Shown here: positions 17,762-25,682 of the stretch, piece by piece | Position numbering within the stretch: the stretch's first letter is position 1 | Layout of the letters: the number at the start of each line of letters is the position of its first letter | Assembly: GCA_946185835.1 (NCBI GenBank) | Contig: CAMHKW010000006.1 | Location: 3,868-67,867, forward strand | Origin: an uncultured Bacteroidales bacterium | GTDB taxonomy: Bacteria; Bacteroidota; Bacteroidia; Bacteroidales; Paludibacteraceae | Direction: 5' to 3' | DNA length: 64,000 bases | Made by a program: the position numbers and the translations under genes | The notes under the pieces: generated by a model | Database searches by the model: none | The model's input: the letters and a program-made list of their open reading frames with translations, nothing else | What the model was told of the DNA's origin: nothing

Positions 17762-19615
17762 ATGGTAACTGTCCGACTGCCACTATCCAAGAGCATAGTC
17801 AATCGTGAACAGATACTCTATGCCATGAAGGGAGAGACGCTGTCTCTCCCTCATGGTTGTTGCACCGACATCAGCGTTCTTCACGAGGCATTAGGGCGCT
17901 ACCTGTCGCACACGAAGGCAGCATCCGACATGCCGACACCTCTGGTAGTCGACATCGCCGACTGCGGTACTGCCATGCGTTTTCTGACGGCTTACTTTGC
18001 CTCACGCCCCGGTGCCGACGTCCTTCTGACCGGCACCGAGAGGATGCAGCAGCGTCCGATACGTGTGCTTGTCGACGCACTGCGGCAGATGGGAGCCGAC
18101 ATCGAATACCAAGCCACAGAAGGCTATCCTCCGCTGCATATCAAAGGGCAAGGTCTGAATATGCAGCAACCCGTTAAGGTCGACTCCACTGACAGCACAC
18201 AGTACGCCAGCGCCCTGATGCTCATCGGAGCTAAGGTCGAGACCAACCGCACCTCGCCATACCTCGACCTCACCAAAGCCATCAAAGAGAACTTCGAGAA
18301 CGGCATCACCACGACGGAATACGACTGGTCGGCAGCTGCGTTCTGGTACGAATACGCAGCTATATGGGGTGGCGAGTATCTGCTCGAAGGACTACATCTC
18401 AACTCGCTGCAGGGCGACAAAGCGGTAGCCCGACTCTTCGAATGTTATTTCGGGGTGCGAAGCGAAGACACCGACCGAGGCGTTGTCATCAGCGCTGACG
18501 CTTCAGCAGTGATTCAGACGTCGGGTGTGGTTGACTGCCGCGACTTTCCTGACCTTGTTCCGTATCTGTGTTTTGCCGCCCATGAGCGCGGCATCGACTT
18601 GCAGCTTGAGGGCACTGCCTCGCTTAGGCTTAAAGAGTCAGACCGTCTGTCTGCCATATCCGATAACCTTCAAAGAGCCGACCGGCGGCTCTCCCTACTC
18701 AGTCACAACGACCATCGCATAGCGATGGCAGCAGTGGCAGCCGGCTATGCCGTCGACGACATCGGGTGCATCCGCAAGTCATACCCCGAACTGCTCGACA
18801 TACTCACGCAACTGACGTTCGTAGTGCCTTATCGTCATGACAGCTCACTGCCTATGCCGGAGAACCATCTGCAAGCCGACAACATAGTGTATGTCGACGA
18901 CGAAGGTAAAGGCAAGAAAAACGCCCTTCGACGGGGTGTAGACAAATGCCGGAGCGAATATATATGGTTCACCGACATCGACGTCAAGCGCACCTACTAC
19001 CCTCACCTTTTGCCCTCGTTGCTTGCCGACGACGGAGCCGACCTATATATCTTACCATTACGCATGGAGGGTGGTGACAGTCTGTTAGAACGACTGCAGA
19101 AAGTGGAATACGAGGCATTGCAGAACCTCACTATTGCGGCAGCGCGCAAGGGGCACGCGGTGTTGTGCTCGGGTGCCAACCTCATCGTCAGGCGCCGTTA
19201 CTGGACCGAGATAGCACAATCTGGTGAGTTGCACGACGAGCTGTTTAGCGGCGACGACATGTTCCTGCTCGAGGCAGCCAAGCGCCGAGACTTGAAGATA
19301 GCGGTGCTGACTGACACACGTCTGTCAGGCACGGTCAGCACAGAGCCTTCATGGCGACGTTTTCTGCGTCAACGTATGCGCTGGGCAGGCAAAGCCGGAC
19401 ATTACACCGACCGCGACATCAACCTCTGCGGCACGGCAGTGGCGATAGCCAACATAGCGTGCATGCTGTGTCCACTGCTTTTCCCTGCTAAGTACCTTAT
19501 CGAGCGCCGCTACGTCACACACCCATCGTGGGTGTCGGCACTGCTCAGCCTGCTCTACCCGATGTATATGCTCATCTGCCTTATAGGAGGCTTGATACGA
19601 CGGAACAAGTGGTGA
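17762..19615 (+). CDS. aroA: fusion protein: compact 3-phosphoshikimate 1-carboxyvinyltransferase (EPSP synthase)-like domain plus GT2 glycosyltransferase with C-terminal TM helices
   Basis: aa 1-351 carry LPLSKS, GTAMRF, RMQQRPI, STQYASAL, LKESDR, NDHRIAM and RKSYP. aa 352-617 carry FVVPYRHD, VYVDD, GKKNAL, FTDIDV, FSGDDMF and QRMRWAGK, and look paralogous to the GT2 at 24506-25681. The reading frame is continuous. Confidence 0.75.
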   Translation: MVTVRLPLSKSIVNREQILYAMKGETLSLPHGCCTDISVLHEALGRYLSHTKAASDMPTPLVVDIADCGTAMRFLTAYFASRPGADVLLTGTERMQQRPIRVLVDALRQMGADIEYQATEGYPPLHIKGQGLNMQQPVKVDSTDSTQYASALMLIGAKVETNRTSPYLDLTKAIKENFENGITTTEYDWSAAAFWYEYAAIWGGEYLLEGLHLNSLQGDKAVARLFECYFGVRSEDTDRGVVISADASAVIQTSGVVDCRDFPDLVPYLCFAAHERGIDLQLEGTASLRLKESDRLSAISDNLQRADRRLSLLSHNDHRIAMAAVAAGYAVDDIGCIRKSYPELLDILTQLTFVVPYRHDSSLPMPENHLQADNIVYVDDEGKGKKNALRRGVDKCRSEYIWFTDIDVKRTYYPHLLPSLLADDGADLYILPLRMEGGDSLLERLQKVEYEALQNLTIAAARKGHAVLCSGANLIVRRRYWTEIAQSGELHDELFSGDDMFLLEAAKRRDLKIAVLTDTRLSGTVSTEPSWRRFLRQRMRWAGKAGHYTDRDINLCGTAVAIANIACMLCPLLFPAKYLIERRYVTHPSWVSALLSLLYPMYMLICLIGGLIRRNKW

Positions 19616-19657
19616 CAGGAGGCAGGAGTCAGGAGTCAAGAGTCAGGAAGCAGGAGC
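19616..19657. repeat. 7-bp tandem array (CAGGAGT-like)6
   Basis: CAGGAGG CAGGAGT CAGGAGT CAAGAGT CAGGAAG CAGGAGC, starting right after the TGA of the AroA-GT2 gene. Confidence 0.9.
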
Positions 19658-19681
19658 AAGACAGCGGCTTTGATGCCATTG

Positions 19682-21472
19682 TTATTGGTGGAAATAATTG
19701 CTACGTATGAGTTTGTCGGATAGCAGATATGCTTCTTTTTCGGAGAATAGTCTTGCAGTGTCGGCAGACAAGAGGTCGACACCGAAGCCATGCCAGAAAT
19801 AGCTCTCGGCACCGATGGCGCTAAGTATAGTAGGATAGATATCCATCTGATATACTTCTTTTTCGATGTCTATATTTTCTTTTATATCTCCTCCTATCAT
19901 TATAAAAGGCACGTAGTTGTGTCCGTCCGCCACGCTCAGTCCGGCCTGCTTTGCTCCTTCGAGCAGATACTCACTGATGGTTGCAGGTTTGTAAATAGTG
20001 TGGTCTCCGGTAATGACAAGCAAGGTATTGTCGAACATCGACGTTGCCTCCATATAGTCGATTAGCTGTCCTAAATAGTGGTCCATATAATGTATACAAC
20101 CCAAGTAGCAGCGTGCATTTTCTGACCAGTCTTCCCGCAAATCGACATCGTATCGATGATCGTACATGTTAAATGGCGAATGAGAGGAGATGGTAATGAC
20201 GAAAGCGCAGAAGGGTGTATCGGGGTCATAACTGCCTATTTGCTCTATGGTGATAGGGAAGATATTTTCGTCCCACCAGTTATGTGCCGATATTCGCATA
20301 TCCTCTTTGCGCCGTTCTTCCGGGCACAGCTGTTTCTGATAGCCGTAGTTGACAGTAGAACGCCTCTGATTCCACGCATCTCTGGTCGGGTTAAGTAAAA
20401 AACTATGCTCGAACATGTGCGCGAAGTTAGGATAGGTATTGTATCCATATAACATACATGCCGCCCCCGACTGCAGCGGTAGCAGTCCTGTATTGGCTGT
20501 CATCTGTCCGTCGCCGCTGACGCCGTGCTTAACCTGCGAGCGCATTTTATGACAATACAGATGTTTGTGTCGGTCAAGAAGACAGTTGATATTGCCGGTG
20601 ACATATTGTCCGTGTACATCGGTGAGTTCCATCGTCCAACTCTCGAGACTCTCTACCATCACGAAGATAAGATTATGCTTCGGTCGAACAGCGCTAACGG
20701 TATCTGCACCGAGAGCATTGCTTATAAGTTGTAGCTCAGCATCGGTAAACTGTACGTCGGCATTTCGCTGTTTGGCGAGCAGATATCCATCGTATAGCAT
20801 ATTAACCGAATAGGTCAATATCGAATGGTCGTATACGTAGTTGAACTGCTGTCGTTCGTTTTGCCATTCCTCTACCCTAAGGTCGGCAGGTGTGACAAAG
20901 GGGTTGAAATAATCAGCAGTGATGTCTGAGACAGGTTTGCCCTGATGATACACTTGGAATAGTTCTATTCCTCCACAGACAGAACAAACCGCGGCTACCA
21001 CAACTGCTACCGCGAACCACGCCGCATGGAGGCGCTTGTGCTGCTTACCGAGAAACACATACAAGGCAAGCAAAACGCCACAGAAGACAAGGGTCGAGAG
21101 CGGAAAGAGCCATGTAGAGAAGTCTACATATTGACCTATAGAACTTTCGAACCCGCTCAGATTGCCTGCCATACGTATAGCGTCGAGCGAAAGGAAGAGA
21201 TTGTTGGCACGGAAATACGTGAGGTTAGCGATGCACCATACGTCTGTCAACAGCAATACCGGCAAAGTCCACCACTGCCTACGGGAAAGCAAACAGAACG
21301 AAGCGAGAAAAAGCGAAACGGCTATCTTTGGCAGATACACTGCCTGAAGGTTATATCCAACGAAAGTACCGTAACACAGCCTGTGAAACAAACATATCTT
21401 ATACAGAACCAACACAAAAAGCAGTATGAATACCACTATCGGATAACCTCTTCGGATATTTTTAAGTTGCAT
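19682..21472 (-). CDS. LTA-synthase / sulfatase-like phosphotransferase family membrane protein
   Basis: About five N-terminal TM helices, then an alkaline-phosphatase-superfamily domain (VMVESLESW, SGDGQMTANTGLLP, SSHSPF, ITGDH). Confidence 0.7.
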   Translation of the reverse strand: MQLKNIRRGYPIVVFILLFVLVLYKICLFHRLCYGTFVGYNLQAVYLPKIAVSLFLASFCLLSRRQWWTLPVLLLTDVWCIANLTYFRANNLFLSLDAIRMAGNLSGFESSIGQYVDFSTWLFPLSTLVFCGVLLALYVFLGKQHKRLHAAWFAVAVVVAAVCSVCGGIELFQVYHQGKPVSDITADYFNPFVTPADLRVEEWQNERQQFNYVYDHSILTYSVNMLYDGYLLAKQRNADVQFTDAELQLISNALGADTVSAVRPKHNLIFVMVESLESWTMELTDVHGQYVTGNINCLLDRHKHLYCHKMRSQVKHGVSGDGQMTANTGLLPLQSGAACMLYGYNTYPNFAHMFEHSFLLNPTRDAWNQRRSTVNYGYQKQLCPEERRKEDMRISAHNWWDENIFPITIEQIGSYDPDTPFCAFVITISSHSPFNMYDHRYDVDLREDWSENARCYLGCIHYMDHYLGQLIDYMEATSMFDNTLLVITGDHTIYKPATISEYLLEGAKQAGLSVADGHNYVPFIMIGGDIKENIDIEKEVYQMDIYPTILSAIGAESYFWHGFGVDLLSADTARLFSEKEAYLLSDKLIRSNYFHQ

Positions 21473-21523
21473 ACGTTGTCAATATATATCAGTTATAAGC
21501 ACACGTGTTCTCGGTGACAAAAT

Positions 21524-21558
21524 AACAAAAAAAGAGACGGGCACATCATCCCGTCTCT
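21524..21558 (-). terminator. rho-independent terminator of secG
   Basis: Minus strand AGAGACGGG-ATGATGTG-CCCGTCTCT followed by TTTTTTTGTTATTTT. Confidence 0.8.
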
Positions 21559-21575
21559 AAAGCATTGCTTTTCTC

Positions 21576-21911
21576 TTATTCGGCTTCTTCCGAGAAGTCG
21601 GCTGAAGTAGCTGATTGGGTAGCTTCTTCGATAGCGTTGGTCATCTCTGTCTCGATAGCGGCAGCGTTCTTAACGCTTTTATCTACCGAACCTTTACCGA
21701 ATCCTACGGCGAGGATGCAAAGCAGAGCCATAAATCCGACGAGCGACCAAGTGGCTTTCTCTAAGAAGTCGGTGGTCTTAGGAGCACCTAACACAGTGTT
21801 ACCACTCGAGAAGCCCTGTGCCAGACCTCCACCCTTCGAATTCTGAACCAACACAAGCAATATCAGCAGAATGGCTGATATGATGATGAGGATAATAAAT
21901 ACTGTCTGCAT
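21576..21911 (-). CDS. secG: preprotein translocase subunit SecG
   Basis: 111-aa ORF with two TM helices and the motif LVLVQNSKGGGL. Confidence 0.85.
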   Translation of the reverse strand: MQTVFIILIIISAILLILLVLVQNSKGGGLAQGFSSGNTVLGAPKTTDFLEKATWSLVGFMALLCILAVGFGKGSVDKSVKNAAAIETEMTNAIEEATQSATSADFSEEAE

Positions 21912-21913
21912 AT

Positions 21914-21955
21914 ATTTGTAATTTATAATTTCTGATTTCTTATTTCTGATTTCGC
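21914..21955. repeat. 7-bp tandem array (ATTTNNN)6
   Basis: ATTTGTA ATTTATA ATTTCTG ATTTCTT ATTTCTG ATTTCGC, directly upstream of the secG start (minus strand). Confidence 0.9.
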
Positions 21956-22084
21956 ACCTAATTGCACGAAACGGACTGCAAAGTAAACACTTTTTTTTTA
22001 AATGAGCAAATTTTTTTGCCCTGTATCAGGAAAATGTCGTTATTTGAGCTCTTATTTTGCTCCTTGACATATCAGCGGCATCGT

Positions 22085-22627
22085 CTACCACTTAGCCACT
22101 GTGTCGTTGTATATATTCTCAGCTATCTCTTTTACCATAGTGGCGCAAAGCTCGTCCTGCACATCGTTGAGCATCTGTGAGGAGTCGAAGATCTGATATG
22201 CGGAGTAAGTCTTTTCGAACGACTCTTCGATATCGACGTTGTTGGTGAACCTCACTCTTACTACCATTGTGAGTTTGGTTTGTGCTGAATACGAGTCGGC
22301 GCTGATAGCCATCGGTGTGAGGTTATAGTCGACTATCTCGCCTTCGAGTTCGAGGTCTCCGCCGCGCTTGTTGACGATGAGTCGTGTCTGTCGGGTGAAG
22401 ATGTCTCTCACCCCTTCAGAGAAGTCGGACGAGAGCATGGGGTTGACCAAGGCTGCGTTGTTGGGGAAGTCGGCAATAGCGATAGAGTGTATCTTAGAGT
22501 AATCGATACTGGCGCCGTTGAACTTATAGCTAATCAGGCACGAGCAAAGCACCACAGCTATCGACATCAGAGTGATGCCTCGTGCTGCTCGTTCGAGCGT
22601 CGGAGTATGTCTAATTAGCCAATCCAT
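22085..22627 (-). CDS. LptE-like LPS-assembly lipoprotein (start uncertain; alternative ATG at 22567)
   Basis: Lipobox VVLCSC followed by SYKFNGASI...IADFPNNA. It sits in the activator-LptE-SecG gene order that I recall as conserved in Bacteroidota. Confidence 0.55.
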   Translation of the reverse strand: MDWLIRHTPTLERAARGITLMSIAVVLCSCLISYKFNGASIDYSKIHSIAIADFPNNAALVNPMLSSDFSEGVRDIFTRQTRLIVNKRGGDLELEGEIVDYNLTPMAISADSYSAQTKLTMVVRVRFTNNVDIEESFEKTYSAYQIFDSSQMLNDVQDELCATMVKEIAENIYNDTVAKW

Positions 22628-23906
22628 ATTCGTTGATTTTTCTGTATAGTGTTCGTTCCGATATCTCGAGTTCGGCAGCTGTGAGCTTACGGTTATAACC
22701 GTTACGTTCGAGTGCTTGCACTATAGTGTCACGTTCCACCTGCTTCATAGTGGCGGAATGCGAGTCGGCCTTCGCCTTACTGTCTTGGCTGCTATTGTCG
22801 GTGACATTATGTTCGGCAGAGGGTACTACCGTGTCGGCAGCCACCTCCTCGGCTGTCAGATACTCGTCGAAGTTATGGGGTGCGGCATCGAGGACGGTAG
22901 TGCGTTGCGGCTCGTGTGTGTTGGCAACTGTCGTCACTGCGGCGGCTTCGTTATTTTGAAGTGACGTAAGGTTCTTGCCGTTCATCTGCGCTTTGAGGTC
23001 GGTGATGTCTTTCTTGAGCTCGAGCAGCATACGATAGTAGAAGATTTCGCGCTCAGACATTATCTGTTCGTTCTGCTGTGGGGGTCGAACAACGGCGGGA
23101 GAACGCCCGATGTCGTTGTGCGGCAGGTACTGCGCGAGTGTCTGGACCGTGATTTCACGCTGTGTCTCGATAACCGATATCTGCTCGGCGAGGTTCTTGA
23201 GTTGTCGGATGTTACCCCTCCAATAGTGGTTTTGCAGCATCTCGGTAGCCTCGGGTGTCAGCTTCACTGCCGGCATGTTGTATTTCTCGGCGCAGTCGAC
23301 AGCGAACTTACGGAACAGCAGCGGGATGTCTTCTTTCCTTTCGCGGAGGGCAGGCACACGTATCTCTATGGTATTGAGACGATAGAAGAGGTCTTCGCGG
23401 AACCGTCCTTCGGCAATGGCTGTTGCGAAGTCGATATTGGTGGCAGCCACCACACGGACGTTGGTCTTCTGCACCTTCGAGGAGCCCACTTTCAGGAACT
23501 CACCTGTCTCGAGCACGCGTAGCAGTCTCACCTGCGTCGACATAGGCAACTCACCCACCTCGTCGAGGAAGAGGGTGCCGCCGTCGGCTTGCTCGAAGTA
23601 GCCGCGTCGGTCGGCTTTGGCATCAGTAAACGCACCTTTCTCGTGCCCAAACAGCTCTGAGTCGATAGTGCCCTCAGGGATAGCACCGCAGTTGACAGCG
23701 AAATAAGGTCCGTGTTTACGGGAGCTGTACTGATGAATGATTTGCGGGAAGTGTTCTTTTCCCACACCGCTTTCACCTATCACGAGCACGGTAAGGTCAG
23801 TGGGTGCCACTTGCACTGCCACCTCTATATCGCGGTTTAGCTGCGGCGAATTGCCTATTATCCCGAGCCGCTGCTTGATGCGTTGTATCTCTTCACGATC
23901 GATCAT
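22611..23906 (-). CDS. sigma-54-dependent Fis-family transcriptional activator (no receiver domain)
   Basis: Walker A GESGVGKE, ELFGHEKGAFTDA loop, Walker B LFLDEVGEL, sensor-II RGNIRQLKN, and C-terminal HTH LEISERTLYRKINEYGL. Confidence 0.9.
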   Translation of the reverse strand: MIDREEIQRIKQRLGIIGNSPQLNRDIEVAVQVAPTDLTVLVIGESGVGKEHFPQIIHQYSSRKHGPYFAVNCGAIPEGTIDSELFGHEKGAFTDAKADRRGYFEQADGGTLFLDEVGELPMSTQVRLLRVLETGEFLKVGSSKVQKTNVRVVAATNIDFATAIAEGRFREDLFYRLNTIEIRVPALRERKEDIPLLFRKFAVDCAEKYNMPAVKLTPEATEMLQNHYWRGNIRQLKNLAEQISVIETQREITVQTLAQYLPHNDIGRSPAVVRPPQQNEQIMSEREIFYYRMLLELKKDITDLKAQMNGKNLTSLQNNEAAAVTTVANTHEPQRTTVLDAAPHNFDEYLTAEEVAADTVVPSAEHNVTDNSSQDSKAKADSHSATMKQVERDTIVQALERNGYNRKLTAAELEISERTLYRKINEYGLAN

Positions 23907-23948
23907 GCTGTCATTATTTTTGTTGTCTGTTAACTCTAAAGTTCATTC

Positions 23949-24012
23949 GCCGCCGGTTGCCACGTTACAATCGTTCGTAGCAAGGCGGAGATAAGAAACC
24001 GGCGTTCCCACG
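23949..24012 (+). repeat. 64-nt REP/MITE-like structured element, long form, copy A
   Basis: GCCGCCGGTTGCCACGTTACAATCGTTCGTAGCAAGGCGGAGATAAGAAACCGGCGTTCCCACG. Intergenic, followed by CACTCTAAACACTAAAC. Confidence 0.85.
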
Positions 24013-24053
24013 CACTCTAAACACTAAACTAAACTCTAAAAAACTCATGCCCC

Positions 24054-24356
24054 CTACGCTTCTCCGCCACCGAAAGAGAGAGGCAGTGTAGAACCGTTGG
24101 CTTCGCTGTTGATGCTTATTTTTCCGAAGTGCTGTTCGTACTTACCTACGTTCTCTTGCAGTGCGAAAAGCAATTTCTTGGCGTGTTCGGGTGTAAGAAT
24201 GATACGCGACTTGACGTTAGCTTTAGGTGCACCGGGCATCATTCGAACGAAGTCAATAACGAATTCCGACGACGAGTGAGCTATTATTGCGAGGTTGGCG
24301 TATGTTCCCTCTGCCATCTCGGGTGAGAGATTGATTTGTAATTGTTTCTCTGCCAT
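24054..24356 (-). CDS. DUF3467 domain protein
   Basis: 100-aa ORF. The region YANLAIIAHSSSEFVIDFV...ILTPEHAKKLLFALQENVGKYE matches my memory of DUF3467. Confidence 0.7.
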   Translation of the reverse strand: MAEKQLQINLSPEMAEGTYANLAIIAHSSSEFVIDFVRMMPGAPKANVKSRIILTPEHAKKLLFALQENVGKYEQHFGKISINSEANGSTLPLSFGGGEA

Positions 24357-24392
24357 GATTGTATTTGATTTATTGATTTATTATTTTTCAGA

Positions 24393-24470
24393 ATATCGGG
24401 ATATCGGGATACCGGGATACCGGGATATCGGAATATCGGAATACCGGAATACCGGAATACTGGAATACCG
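24393..24470. repeat. 8-bp tandem array (ATAYCGGR)n
   Basis: (ATATCGGG)2(ATACCGGG)2(ATATCGGA)2(ATACCGGA)2 ATACTGGA ATACCG. Confidence 0.95.
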
Positions 24471-24505
24471 ACTCTAACCACTACAGCGCAGCTGTCTAAC
24501 CATTC

Positions 24506-25681
24506 TCACCATCTCTGCTTTCTCTTGGGGAAGAGGGCGAGCAGGAAGTGTATCCACAAGTTATTGAGTGGCAAGATGATGTCGTACAACGGGAGCTGTA
24601 GTCCCACATGTCGCTGTCCGACGAGCGAGGCAGCGCGGTTGAGTACTATCATCTGCCACAGCCAGCGAACGAGTAGCAGTAGCAGCGCGAATAGCATCAG
24701 TGCTATGTTATTCATGCAGCAAGCCGCTATCACCGAGCCATAGAACAAAGCCCTGGTAAGAGGCTCGGTCACAAGTCTCAGCTTCGAGCCGACTGAGTAG
24801 TAAGGTGCCACACTCAGATGTCGTTCGTTTTGCAGTTGCCAGCCGCGCACCGTATGCTTCGGCACCGACCATGTGACACTCTGCTTGGTAAGAACCACCG
24901 CAGTGTTATGTCTGTTAGCCACTTTGTTGACAAACAAGTCATCGTCACCGGCTTTAACCCCCAACATACCGGCAAAGCCTTTATGCTCGAAGAACGTAGC
25001 CTTGCGATATGCCATGTTGCGTCCCACACCCATATACGGACGGTGGTTTATAGCCGCGCCAAGGTAATGCATACCATTGAAAAGGGTGTCGTAACTTATC
25101 AGTCGGCTGAGCGCCGTAGGTTCTTCGAGATAGGCACCATATCCGAGCACTATCTCGGTGCCATCAGTGAAGCCCTGCATCATCTGCGCTATCCACTGCC
25201 TCGAGCACGGACGGCAGTCGGCATCGGTAAGGAGCAGGTAGTCGTATTTAGCAGCTTTGGCAGCAAGGGTGAGTGCCAACTTCTTGGAGCTACCCACACG
25301 TGTGCCGATAGGTACGAAGGTGACACGCAGGTTCGGATACATACGCTGAAAACGCCCGAGCAGGCAGTCGGTATCGTCTTCGCTGGCATCGTTGACCACT
25401 ATCACCTCGAATTCGGGATAGTCCTGCTCTAACAGGTGCGGCAAGAAGTCGATGAGGTTATGTGCCTCGTCGCGTGCACATACCACCACCGTCACTCCGG
25501 GTCGAGCCTCACTCCTTGACACCTTGCCTTTCTTGCAACGCCGAGCGAAGCGCAACGGGGCGCACATATAACGCACATAGAAAAAGAGCTGATACAGAAA
25601 AGCTGCCATCAACAGTCCGAGCACTACGTAATCGGCTATCTGCCAATTCAGAAAATCGAGTATCTTCAGATAGATATCCAT
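24506..25681 (-). CDS. glycosyltransferase family 2, membrane-anchored
   Basis: N-terminal TM segment, then VVVCARDE, VIVVNDASEDDT, LLLTDADC, AGDDDLF and C-terminal TM helices. Confidence 0.8.
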   Translation of the reverse strand: MDIYLKILDFLNWQIADYVVLGLLMAAFLYQLFFYVRYMCAPLRFARRCKKGKVSRSEARPGVTVVVCARDEAHNLIDFLPHLLEQDYPEFEVIVVNDASEDDTDCLLGRFQRMYPNLRVTFVPIGTRVGSSKKLALTLAAKAAKYDYLLLTDADCRPCSRQWIAQMMQGFTDGTEIVLGYGAYLEEPTALSRLISYDTLFNGMHYLGAAINHRPYMGVGRNMAYRKATFFEHKGFAGMLGVKAGDDDLFVNKVANRHNTAVVLTKQSVTWSVPKHTVRGWQLQNERHLSVAPYYSVGSKLRLVTEPLTRALFYGSVIAACCMNNIALMLFALLLLLVRWLWQMIVLNRAASLVGQRHVGLQLPLYDIILPLNNLWIHFLLALFPKRKQRW

Positions 25682-25682
25682 T

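Noticed and set aside
24393-24470. Possibility that the short-period arrays at 24.4, 36.5 and 54.7 kb are CRISPR arrays.
   Set aside because: The period is 7-8 bp with no unique spacers, there is no 24-48 nt repeat with 30-40 nt spacer structure, and no cas genes occur in the window.
24284-24481. Tracked ORFs on both strands across 24284-24481 (GIPVFRYSGIPIFRY... and EYRDIGIPGYRD...).
   Set aside because: They are translations of the (ATAYCGGR)n array. The ORFs are symmetric on both strands and have no independent coding signal.
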